DNA of 16,337 nt from a virus. This document shows positions 1 to 6,501 of the stretch, piece by piece. The notes under the pieces are model-generated. The model was given only the letters and a program-made list of their open reading frames with translations, was not told the DNA's origin and did not search any database. Position 1 is the first letter of the stretch; every line of letters starts with the position of its first letter. The stretch is taken from IMG/VR virus record IMGVR_UViG_3300029771_000252, positions 1 to 16,337 of that record. One strand, given 5' to 3'. Made by a program: the position numbers and the translations under genes.

Positions 1-1083
1 CTGTATCTCTTTGATTACATTCACGCAAGACGGATGAATATGTATCTTTCTGCCTTTTAACCAGTCAATCTGCGATTGTATGCTGTTCGGATTTTTAACA
101 ACTGCCCTTGCTCGATAGCCTGCCTTTCGCCACATTTTTATACGGTCCGGCTCTGCACTGTCGCACCACATTGCAAGACTTTTGCTGAACTTCCCGTCAG
201 CTTTTTGAATAATCTCTGTTGTGTCCATTTCGTGTACATACAGTTCATTACAAACGTAAATATCGCCGTCCTTATAACCTAACGTCAATATAGCATTTGC
301 GTGATTAAATCCGAAGTCCTGTCCTATCGCCATAGCGTCAAAACGGCTCATATCTGTTTCAAATTCCTCAATGCGATAGTTCGAGAATATCAATCCGCCT
401 GTTTCGCCCCATTCACCCAGTCCGTAAATTCTGTAGCCCTCAGGGTCAACTTCTTTACGACGTAGCATACGTTGTCTGTATGCCTCGTCACAAAATCGGT
501 TTGTTAAATATGTGCTTTGATGCGTTAAGACGTTATCGTCCTGTATATCGAAAAACACTTTCTTTATCCAGTGACTTGATGACACGGGATTGAATGTCAG
601 CTTTATCTGATAAAAAAGGCCGTCGGGAAGTTCACCTCTCAAACGGTCATCTATAATTTCAAAATCCTGTTGCACAAGCTCCGTAGCCTCTTCAATCCAT
701 ACGTCCGTTAATTTTCCGTTCGCAAATGTGATTGATTTCAACTTTTCACGTTGCTTGTTGTCGTTTACACCACGAAATATAATCTTGTTGCCGTTTATAC
801 AGGTGAACGACAACGGACTTTGCGTAACTCTCCACGCTCTGCCAACGCCCATACGGTTTATGGCACTTTCAAGCTCCGCAAACGTACTGTCACGGTTTGT
901 TATATCAGACTTTCGCACACATACAAGATTACGTCCCTTGTCACGCATTAAACGCAATATGTACAGTTGTGCAGTATCAACACTCTTACCGCTTCCGGCA
1001 CTGCCTTTCATTACAACATAACGCTTTTTACATTGATGTACAGGCTTGAATATCGGATTGAACGGTACTGTTATTTTGTTCAT
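1..1083 (-). CDS. terL: Terminase large subunit (PBSX/XtmB, Terminase_3-like); C-terminus cut by the window edge
   Basis: Not in the supplied track because there is no stop in the window. My minus-strand translation from ATG 1083..1081 stays open for 361 codons down to nt 1. It reads MNKITVPFNPIFKPVHQCKKRYVVMKGSAGSGKSVDTAQLYILRLMRDKGRNLVCVRKS... with Walker A GSAGSGKS, later ...YGLGEWGETGGLIFSNY... and ...GQDFGFNHANAIL.... The ATG overlaps the terS stop (ATGA at 1080-1083), and position next to terS fits. The family call is from memory, not a search. Confidence 0.9.
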   Translation of the reverse strand, partial: MNKITVPFNPIFKPVHQCKKRYVVMKGSAGSGKSVDTAQLYILRLMRDKGRNLVCVRKSDITNRDSTFAELESAINRMGVGRAWRVTQSPLSFTCINGNKIIFRGVNDNKQREKLKSITFANGKLTDVWIEEATELVQQDFEIIDDRLRGELPDGLFYQIKLTFNPVSSSHWIKKVFFDIQDDNVLTHQSTYLTNRFCDEAYRQRMLRRKEVDPEGYRIYGLGEWGETGGLIFSNYRIEEFETDMSRFDAMAIGQDFGFNHANAILTLGYKDGDIYVCNELYVHEMDTTEIIQKADGKFSKSLAMWCDSAEPDRIKMWRKAGYRARAVVKNPNSIQSQIDWLKGRKIHIHPSCVNVIKEIQ

Positions 1084-1562
1084 TCGTCCTCACCACCGTA
1101 ATCAATTTTAATGCTGTAGTCCATATCACCGTCAACGTTTAATTTTTCGGTGAATAACGCATAATATTTACCCAGCATTTCCGCCGCTTTGTTTACGTCA
1201 GACACCTTTGTCGGTATTTCAACACATATCGGTAGCTCCGCCTCGTCAGTGACTTTCTTGCCCTTGTCGTCATAGTGTGATTTACGTGCTTTGCACGTCA
1301 CTACAACAGTTTCTAACTTCTCACGTCGCATAACGGCGGTTAACGTCTTTAACACCTCATCTTGTTTGGCAATAAGAGCGTCCTCTTTCTCTTTCAGCCG
1401 CTTTTGTATGTATTCTTGAATTTCAGGTTTCTTCAAGTTCTCATTCCCAATCGAATACGCCGTCTTTTCCGAATATCCCGCTCTTAATGCCGCTTGTGTC
1501 GCGTTCAAATCAATCAAATATTCCTCACAAAACAACTTTTGCTTTTCAGTCACTCTTATCAC
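1080..1562 (-). CDS. terS: Terminase small subunit (Terminase_2 / P27-type)
   Basis: The track ORF is 160 aa. KQKLFCEEYLIDLNATQAALRAGYSEKTAYSIGNENLKKPEIQEYI is the classic N-terminal HTH signature of this family. The codon at 1562 is GTG. A second GTG at 1553 (MTEKQKLF...) lies 6 nt after GAGGTG and is the more likely start. Confidence 0.9.
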   Translation of the reverse strand: MIRVTEKQKLFCEEYLIDLNATQAALRAGYSEKTAYSIGNENLKKPEIQEYIQKRLKEKEDALIAKQDEVLKTLTAVMRREKLETVVVTCKARKSHYDDKGKKVTDEAELPICVEIPTKVSDVNKAAEMLGKYYALFTEKLNVDGDMDYSIKIDYGGEDE

Positions 1563-1586
1563 CTCACTTTCACATTTTCTGTTTGA

Positions 1587-1748
1587 TTACATCGTATAAC
1601 CGTTTTTTATCATTGCACGTTTAAACGCTTTGCGTTTATGTCGACACTCGCACCAATTTTTATTATCCTCGTTCCATTTGCGTATGAACTTCTTACGTTC
1701 TCGTTCATATCTTCTATTGCGTAAATATGCTTTTATTCTTTCAAACAT
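1587..1748 (-). CDS. Small highly basic protein (53 aa), unknown function
   Basis: Below the track cutoff, so hand-translated: MFERIKAYLRNRRYERERKKFIRKWNEDNKNWCECRHKRKAFKRAMIKNGYTM. ATG at 1748 is preceded by GGTGGAAAGGA. It neatly fills the gap between the methylase stop (1769) and terS. The plus-strand track ORF 1630..1890 looks like its shadow. Confidence 0.5.
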   Translation of the reverse strand: MFERIKAYLRNRRYERERKKFIRKWNEDNKNWCECRHKRKAFKRAMIKNGYTM

Positions 1749-1768
1749 TGTTTTATCCTTTCCACCGC

Positions 1769-3310
1769 TTATATATCACTTATATCTATTTTTCCACTCA
1801 TCAGTTCCGGCAACAGTGCGTCCCGAAGTTCCGCTAAATATCTGTTTTCTTCAAGATTTAGATAATATATGTGTTGTTTCCACGTGTTAAATATCATCAT
1901 AAGAATACTTGATATATTTTCTTTGCTGTTGTTTGAAAATGTTATTTCATTTTTATTTTTGGTTGTTTTGAAATAATCATTTTTTACAATCTTTTCACCG
2001 CATATTTTTTCTGTCAATTTTGAGAAATCATTATTTGTACCGTTGTCCTGCTTGAACAGTTCAATGTCAAATCCTAAAGACTTGGCGATTGTTTCGTTTA
2101 TTGTTAGTTTACAAGTATTTTTTTCAGTTATAATTCTGTTAATATCCGCAACTATTTCGTTGTACGGTCTATGTGCATTTTCTATATTCTCAAACTCTAT
2201 GTATCGGCTTGGCACCAATACATAATTATTGTTTTTTATTTCTTCAATGCTTACTGCCTTGCAGTAACCCGCTATATTTCCGTACTGTTCAATTTGTATT
2301 AATACATCTTGTATCTGACTTTCGGATATAATCTTGACCTCTTTTGCGTATGTCCTGTTAGTGTGACTTTTGCCGCCAAACTGTCCGTTTTGCATTCGTT
2401 GTTCCGTTTCATACCTCTGTCGCAGGTCAATCATTTCTATCGTTGAATGTTTTTTATTTTTGTTAAATGTTATAATACACGTTGGTATTGACGTAACTTC
2501 AAACATTTTATCAGGACATACAATTATACTTTCTATGAAATTCATTTCAACTAAATACTGTCTTATTTGCTTTTCCTTTTGGTTGTCTGTACTTAAAACA
2601 CCATTCGGCAATATAAAACTTGCTTTGCCCGTAATCTCATCTAACGCAGTCAATACAAACGCATAATTCGCATTACTTTCCGGCGGTACTTCGCACTGTG
2701 AAAATCTATTCTGTAATTGTGCAAATACAGGTTGTTCCCATTTCATATTGTACGGCGGATTCGATATACAACAATCAGCTTTAAATTCGCTCTTAGTTAT
2801 CTCTTTAACAGTTGCAAATCTATCACCCTTTTGCGTCCTGTATGTTTTGAAATTTTCATCTGACAATACATCACAATGAATAACTTCGGCGTCAATATTT
2901 CTAATTGCCAAATTAAACAACAAAAACGGAATAACACGATTGTCATATTCTTTGCATATGAATTTTAAATCGTTATTTTCGTTCCATTTTTGGATTGTCA
3001 ATGCTCCGCTACCCGCACACAAATCCAAACAAATCTTTTCATTTTCGGTTTTTGATAACTCTGCAACCGCTACCGCAAGGCTTTTCGGTGTGTAGTCCTG
3101 CATTTTTTCTTTGCGGTCGGCAAAATAATATTGAAATATCATTTGCATATAATCTATTGTTAAATCAGGACATATTAAAATCCAATCTTCACATAGCTTT
3201 CGACAATTTTCGGCATTTAACAATGTTGATTTTAATTCATCAACAACATCTTCAATTTTTTCTATGCTGAAAACGTTCTTGAATTTTTCAACTAATTGCA
3301 ATAGCTCCAT
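1769..3310 (-). CDS. N6-adenine DNA methyltransferase (gamma-class, HsdM/type IIG-like core) with an HsdS-like C-terminal helix; no restriction partner seen
   Basis: Motif I is LDLCAGSGALT and motif IV is CCISNPPYNMKW (NPPY). AVSIEEIKNNNYVLVPSRYIE is an HsdM-type C-terminal element. The extreme C-terminus LAELRDALLPELMSGKIDISDI resembles the conserved end of HsdS specificity subunits. The track start 3370 is a TTG with a hydrophobic junk leader. ATG at 3310 (MELLQLVEKF) follows AAAGAAAGGGAC. Confidence 0.85.
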   Translation of the reverse strand: MELLQLVEKFKNVFSIEKIEDVVDELKSTLLNAENCRKLCEDWILICPDLTIDYMQMIFQYYFADRKEKMQDYTPKSLAVAVAELSKTENEKICLDLCAGSGALTIQKWNENNDLKFICKEYDNRVIPFLLFNLAIRNIDAEVIHCDVLSDENFKTYRTQKGDRFATVKEITKSEFKADCCISNPPYNMKWEQPVFAQLQNRFSQCEVPPESNANYAFVLTALDEITGKASFILPNGVLSTDNQKEKQIRQYLVEMNFIESIIVCPDKMFEVTSIPTCIITFNKNKKHSTIEMIDLRQRYETEQRMQNGQFGGKSHTNRTYAKEVKIISESQIQDVLIQIEQYGNIAGYCKAVSIEEIKNNNYVLVPSRYIEFENIENAHRPYNEIVADINRIITEKNTCKLTINETIAKSLGFDIELFKQDNGTNNDFSKLTEKICGEKIVKNDYFKTTKNKNEITFSNNSKENISSILMMIFNTWKQHIYYLNLEENRYLAELRDALLPELMSGKIDISDI

Positions 3311-3382
3311 AATTATGTCCCTTTCTTTATCCAAAAATAAAAACAGACTGCATATGATTAACACATACAATCTGTTTAATCT

Positions 3383-3438
3383 AATATCTCAATTCCCACC
3401 AATCACACGAGATATTCACCCATCATCTCACGATGATA
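3383..3438 (-). promoter_or_regulatory. Two adjacent hairpins in the spacer between the late-activator gene and the methylase/terminase operon
   Basis: AATATCTC (3383-3390) pairs with GAGATATT (3409-3416) as a perfect 8-bp inverted repeat with an 18-nt loop. CATCATC (3421-3427) pairs with GATGAT(A) (3432-3438). Its loop reads GUGA (GNRA) on the minus strand only. No U-tract follows on the minus strand, so it is not a canonical terminator. Confidence 0.3.
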
Positions 3439-3554
3439 CACTTACCTTTTTTTGCGAAAACAACGAGCGGTAAGATATAGAACACAAAATATTGCACCGT
3501 ATATAGGTTTTGCATTATTTTTGTCTGCCCATTCTTTTCGCATTATAAATTGTA

Positions 3555-3956
3555 TCACACTTTTTTCGGCAAATTCGGCATTTTTAAAAATTTATTATGT
3601 TTTCTTCGTGGATAACTCTCATCGTAATGCCCTATCTTAAATGCAATCCACTGCCATGACGGCATTACGGTGCCGTCTATGTACCTGTATCGGAATATGC
3701 GACGTGTTTCACTGTCTAATATACCGGCAACAAACAATTCAATCTTGTTTTTTTGCCGCTCCAATCGTTGACGTAGTACAATATCAGATATATGTGTTGG
3801 CTCAACACCCGACACAGAAATACAGTGCTTGACATACGGGAACTCGCTGTCAGAGCCTGTAACAGTACCATGTACTGTATTACTGTTTATCCTGTCGTTT
3901 ACCTCGTTCAATTCTGCAACAATACTGCGATACTGTTTTAGCACTTCCTTTGTCAA
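3555..3956 (-). CDS. Putative late-gene transcriptional activator (sigma-70 region-4-like; DUF1492/ArpU/RinA-type superfamily)
   Basis: 133 aa with a TTG start at 3956, 5 nt after GGGGGAA. The layout matches DUF1492-type phage activators: an N-terminal LKQYRSIVAELNEVNDRI helix, a middle linker, then a C-terminal ...RRIFRYRYIDGTVMPSWQWIAFKIGHYDESYPRRKH HTH-like region. It sits upstream of the packaging genes. The assignment is by remembered architecture only. Confidence 0.45.
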   Translation of the reverse strand: MTKEVLKQYRSIVAELNEVNDRINSNTVHGTVTGSDSEFPYVKHCISVSGVEPTHISDIVLRQRLERQKNKIELFVAGILDSETRRIFRYRYIDGTVMPSWQWIAFKIGHYDESYPRRKHNKFLKMPNLPKKV

Positions 3957-3967
3957 ATCAATTCCCC

Positions 3968-4138
3968 CTATGCTTTCTTATCCGGTACATATTCCGGACA
4001 CTTTGTTATTCTATACGAATCATACGTCTTGCGGTGTACATTTTCAGCTGTCCAACCCTCCACAGGTTGAAAGCAACTGCTCCACGAACAATCACCGCAA
4101 GCGTTCTGACACGTCCAACATAATTGTTCTTTAACCAT
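3968..4138 (-). CDS. Small Cys-rich (zinc-ribbon-like) protein, 56 aa
   Basis: MVKEQLCWTCQNACGDCSWSSCFQPVEGWTAENVHRKTYDSYRITKCPEYVPDKKA carries C-x2-C-x3-C-x2-C-x4-C plus a distal Cys. ATG at 4138 lies 6 nt after GAGG, while the track start 4150 has no SD. It overlaps the stop of the upstream ORF. Confidence 0.6.
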   Translation of the reverse strand: MVKEQLCWTCQNACGDCSWSSCFQPVEGWTAENVHRKTYDSYRITKCPEYVPDKKA

Positions 4139-4670
4139 TTTGCGCCTCATCTAATCGCTGAACATACTCGGTAAAATACCATAGCAGTTCATCTTTGAAT
4201 TGCTCAATAGCTTCATCTGCTTTTTCCATAGACGAAAAATATATCACGTTAACGTCTTGGAAGTATTCCTCGCCTACCATCATCAATTTATCGTCAAAAT
4301 GATTGTACTTAATTCTAAATTTTCTGGCAAGGCTATTTCCCCAATCTTTTTTAGTCACGGCTCTGTCGTTTTGCGCCTGCCATTGACGCAAGCGACGAAG
4401 CAATCTGTCTGCACGAGCGTTGTTCTCGGCAATCATCTTGTTACTGTAATAGTTACCCTTATCATAACATTGCTCATCCTCTTGGTCATTAAACTCTGTA
4501 ATTTTTATCATACTATCGTCTTCTGTATTAATTACATAATACGTTTCACCTATTTTAGTCCTCTCATATCCAGTCTTAGGCTTGTCCGTAACCAAACCTA
4601 ATATTTTAGCCTGTTCTTCTGATATTTCGGCTTTAATACTCTTTCCATTTGCATTAATTGTTACCTGCAT
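4131..4670 (-). CDS. Hypothetical phage protein, 179 aa
   Basis: Long ORF with ATG at 4670 preceded by GGAGGAATAACA. Composition looks like a normal soluble protein. It is co-oriented and tightly packed with its neighbours. No motif recognised. Confidence 0.7.
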   Translation of the reverse strand: MQVTINANGKSIKAEISEEQAKILGLVTDKPKTGYERTKIGETYYVINTEDDSMIKITEFNDQEDEQCYDKGNYYSNKMIAENNARADRLLRRLRQWQAQNDRAVTKKDWGNSLARKFRIKYNHFDDKLMMVGEEYFQDVNVIYFSSMEKADEAIEQFKDELLWYFTEYVQRLDEAQNG

Positions 4671-4672
4671 TG

Positions 4673-4957
4673 TTATTCCTCCGTATTATTCACAGGGCTT
4701 TGCTCGTATCGGATAATATTCCGAACTCTTTTCATAATATCCTCAATCTCATTTCCTATCTCAAATTGTTTGCATGTATCAATTAAATCTATACCTCTGG
4801 CTAAATCCAAGGCACCGAGCATTTTTACATAGCGAAATTCCGCCTCTTCGATGTTTATTGCTCTTTTTAAATCGTACTTTGCATTGTCTATATAGTTATA
4901 AAACCTCTTTATTTGGCTTTCGCGTTTCTTTTCTTTAATCTTCTTTATCAGTCCCAT
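4673..4957 (-). CDS. Hypothetical phage protein, ~94 aa
   Basis: The track ORF starts at a TTG (4993). ATG at 4957 (MGLIKKIKEKK...) follows GAAGGAAGTG with good spacing. It overlaps the 3' end of the upstream ORF by 23 nt. Confidence 0.6.
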   Translation of the reverse strand: MGLIKKIKEKKRESQIKRFYNYIDNAKYDLKRAINIEEAEFRYVKMLGALDLARGIDLIDTCKQFEIGNEIEDIMKRVRNIIRYEQSPVNNTEE

Positions 4958-5234
4958 TATTTTCACACTTCCTTCTTTTTCTGTCTTGTGCAATCACTTT
5001 AAACAATATTCTTTGTTCACAACGTGACGTTTCATCATCAAACAATCCCAAATAATGTTTGATTAGTTCTATAAGTGAAATTCTCACTTCGTTTTTGTGT
5101 CCGTTGACGTATATTGAAACTTCAAACGGTATTTTCTCACCGTGATTAATTCCCGTAGCCATTATCACGGCATTTTCATCAAAATTCATACCCATCGCCA
5201 GTTGTCCGGCAAGTCTTTTATAATCGTTTGTCAT
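4935..5234 (-). CDS. Hypothetical phage protein, 99 aa
   Basis: ATG at 5234 (MTNDYKRLAGQ...) lies 7 nt after a perfect AGGAGGAAT. The track start 5255 is TTG. Confidence 0.65.
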   Translation of the reverse strand: MTNDYKRLAGQLAMGMNFDENAVIMATGINHGEKIPFEVSIYVNGHKNEVRISLIELIKHYLGLFDDETSRCEQRILFKVIAQDRKRRKCENNGTDKED

Positions 5235-5247
5235 TTTTTTATTCCTC

Positions 5248-5604
5248 CTATTCAAGATTTGTTATATTGCATTTCACCGTACCATCATCATATTTTTTTG
5301 TTTCAAGTATTGCATTGGCGTTCTCACCAACCTTCTCCACATATTTTGTATATGTATCAATGCCATAAAAGGCATATTCATTACCCTCATACTCAACCAT
5401 AATTTTATATACCGCAGGGTGAGTAATCATGGTTATACTCTTACCACAATTTACAGGTGTTACATATGCACTTCTGTAATATTTATCTATGACTTTGACT
5501 TCTACTGTTGAAGTTTCGGTGCTAATACACTTTGCACAGCTTGTCAATATAAATATCAATGTCATTGCAACCAACATTGATATAATCTGCTTAATATATT
5601 TCAT
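5248..5604 (-). CDS. Phage-encoded lipoprotein (118 aa)
   Basis: MKYIKQIISMLVAMTLIFILTSCAKC has a positively charged N-terminus, a hydrophobic core and an L-T-S-C lipobox. This is typical of a signal peptidase II substrate. ATG at 5604 follows GGAGGAG. Confidence 0.75.
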   Translation of the reverse strand: MKYIKQIISMLVAMTLIFILTSCAKCISTETSTVEVKVIDKYYRSAYVTPVNCGKSITMITHPAVYKIMVEYEGNEYAFYGIDTYTKYVEKVGENANAILETKKYDDGTVKCNITNLE

Positions 5605-5608
5605 CTAC

Positions 5609-5833
5609 TTACTCCTCCATTTCTTCATTTTTCAGCCTTACTTTTTCAATCGGCACAATAATTACTGCGTGTTTGGTTTTATCCAACAGTTCAAGTGAAT
5701 ATTTCAAAAATCCTCTCGGATCCTTTCGTGCGATACACGCATTAAGGATAAACGGTGTCGGTTCGGGGATATTATAAAAATCCGAATAATAAACCGTTTT
5801 ATTAAGATTTTGTTTTACTTCAAGAATATCCAT
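5609..5833 (-). CDS. Hypothetical phage protein, 74 aa
   Basis: ATG at 5833 (MDILEVKQNL...) lies 8 nt after GAGGA and 1 nt after the rusA stop. The track start 5848 is TTG. Confidence 0.6.
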   Translation of the reverse strand: MDILEVKQNLNKTVYYSDFYNIPEPTPFILNACIARKDPRGFLKYSLELLDKTKHAVIIVPIEKVRLKNEEMEE

Positions 5834-5834
5834 A

Positions 5835-6227
5835 TCACAAATCCTCAATGCTTATAAATATGCCCGTCTGCTCCGCCCAAAACTTTTCTGTTATTTCACT
5901 TGCCACAAGTGCGTCATCTTTCCAAAATCCCACTTCCGTCATAACGTCTTTAAGCATTTTCTGCAAGTTATCCGTATCGGGTTTTGTTGCCTTATACTCA
6001 CCGTCCGAATGCTTGCCTTTAGGGAAGCACCACTTTGTCACCATACGCACAGGCTTTTCAAACATCTTTTCAGGTGCGTAATGCGAAAGATGTGCCGCAA
6101 GTTTTTCTCTTACCGCTTTAACTTCCGGTGGCTCATAAAATACCGGCTTACCTTTTACGACTGCAACCTTTTTTTCTTGATACGTTTTTGTCGGCGGTAT
6201 CATTGCCATAAAAAATTGTACTTTCAT
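5835..6227 (-). CDS. rusA: RusA-family Holliday junction resolvase
   Basis: 130 aa. ...KPDTDNLQKMLKDVMTEVGFWKDDALV... matches the RusA catalytic Asp signature (kPDxDNl.K...D.l....w.DD..v). The size and its position downstream of the replication genes are typical. Confidence 0.85.
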   Translation of the reverse strand: MKVQFFMAMIPPTKTYQEKKVAVVKGKPVFYEPPEVKAVREKLAAHLSHYAPEKMFEKPVRMVTKWCFPKGKHSDGEYKATKPDTDNLQKMLKDVMTEVGFWKDDALVASEITEKFWAEQTGIFISIEDL

Positions 6228-6281
6228 TTTCTCACTTCCATTTATTTACTTTGTGTCTGTTCTGAAATTTTTGCTTTGTCA

Positions 6282-6339
6282 GTCAGTAAGGGGAAGGAGT
6301 TGTTGTGCGTAAGCTGTCGCACAACTACTTCCCCCTGAC
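6282..6339. other. Long imperfect inverted repeat / hairpin in the primase-rusA spacer
   Basis: GTCAG-TAA-GGGGAAGGAGTTGTTGTGCG (loop TAAGCTGT) CGCACAACTACTTCCCC-CTGAC. The core arms are GGGGAAG...GTGCG and CGCAC...CTTCCCC, extended by GTCAG/CTGAC. No U-tract follows on either strand. Confidence 0.5.
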
Positions 6340-6359
6340 CTTAGGGAAAGGGAAACCTT

Positions 6360-6500
6360 TATATATACGTAGTATATATAGTTTGTCTGTCCCTGCGGTC
6401 AAAGTCGATTTTGTCCCGAATTGTCTGTCCTTAAAGACACAAGGACATTTTTCGATTTTGACCTCATAATCGGGACAGGACAGTTTTCCTATTTGTCCCT
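6360..6500. repeat. Iteron-like repeat cluster plus AT-rich palindrome; candidate phage replication origin
   Basis: TATATATAC-GTA-GTATATATA (6360-6380) has perfect 9-bp arms. There are seven TGTCC/GGACA pentamers within ~115 bp, starting at 6388, 6413, 6426 and 6494 on the plus strand and at 6443, 6473 and 6478 inverted. The exact 10-mer TTGTCTGTCC occurs twice (6383, 6421). TCGATTTTG occurs twice (6405, 6452). CGATTT(T)GACC(C)TCAT recurs at 6453 and 6522. The cluster lies immediately downstream of the primase gene. Confidence 0.45.
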
Positions 6501-6501
6501 C

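Noticed and set aside
1630-1890. 86-aa plus-strand ORF spanning the methylase/terS gap
   Set aside because: It overlaps the methylase 3' end and the SD-preceded 53-aa minus ORF. Its sequence is hydrophobic and junk-like and it has no SD.
1769-3370. A restriction-modification system, and the longer upstream starts in the track (3370, 4993, 5255, 5848, 11922, 13205, 4150)
   Set aside because: No endonuclease-like ORF flanks the methylase, so I treat it as an orphan. Most of the longer starts are TTG codons (3370, 4993, 5255, 5848, 11922), and all lack an SD. An ATG with a good SD lies just downstream in each case.
3451-3552. 33-aa minus-strand ORF (MRKEWADKNNAKPIYGAIFCVLYLTARCFRKKR) in the activator-methylase spacer
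   Set aside because: There is no recognisable SD before its ATG. It is very short and there is no supporting context.
6340-6350. The shared 11-mer CTTAGGGAAAG next to the 6282 hairpin and inside the 13677 hairpin loop (13718-13728), as evidence for a common RNA motif
   Set aside because: A rough estimate gives tens of exact 11-mer coincidences by chance in a 16-kb window. The flanks do not align.
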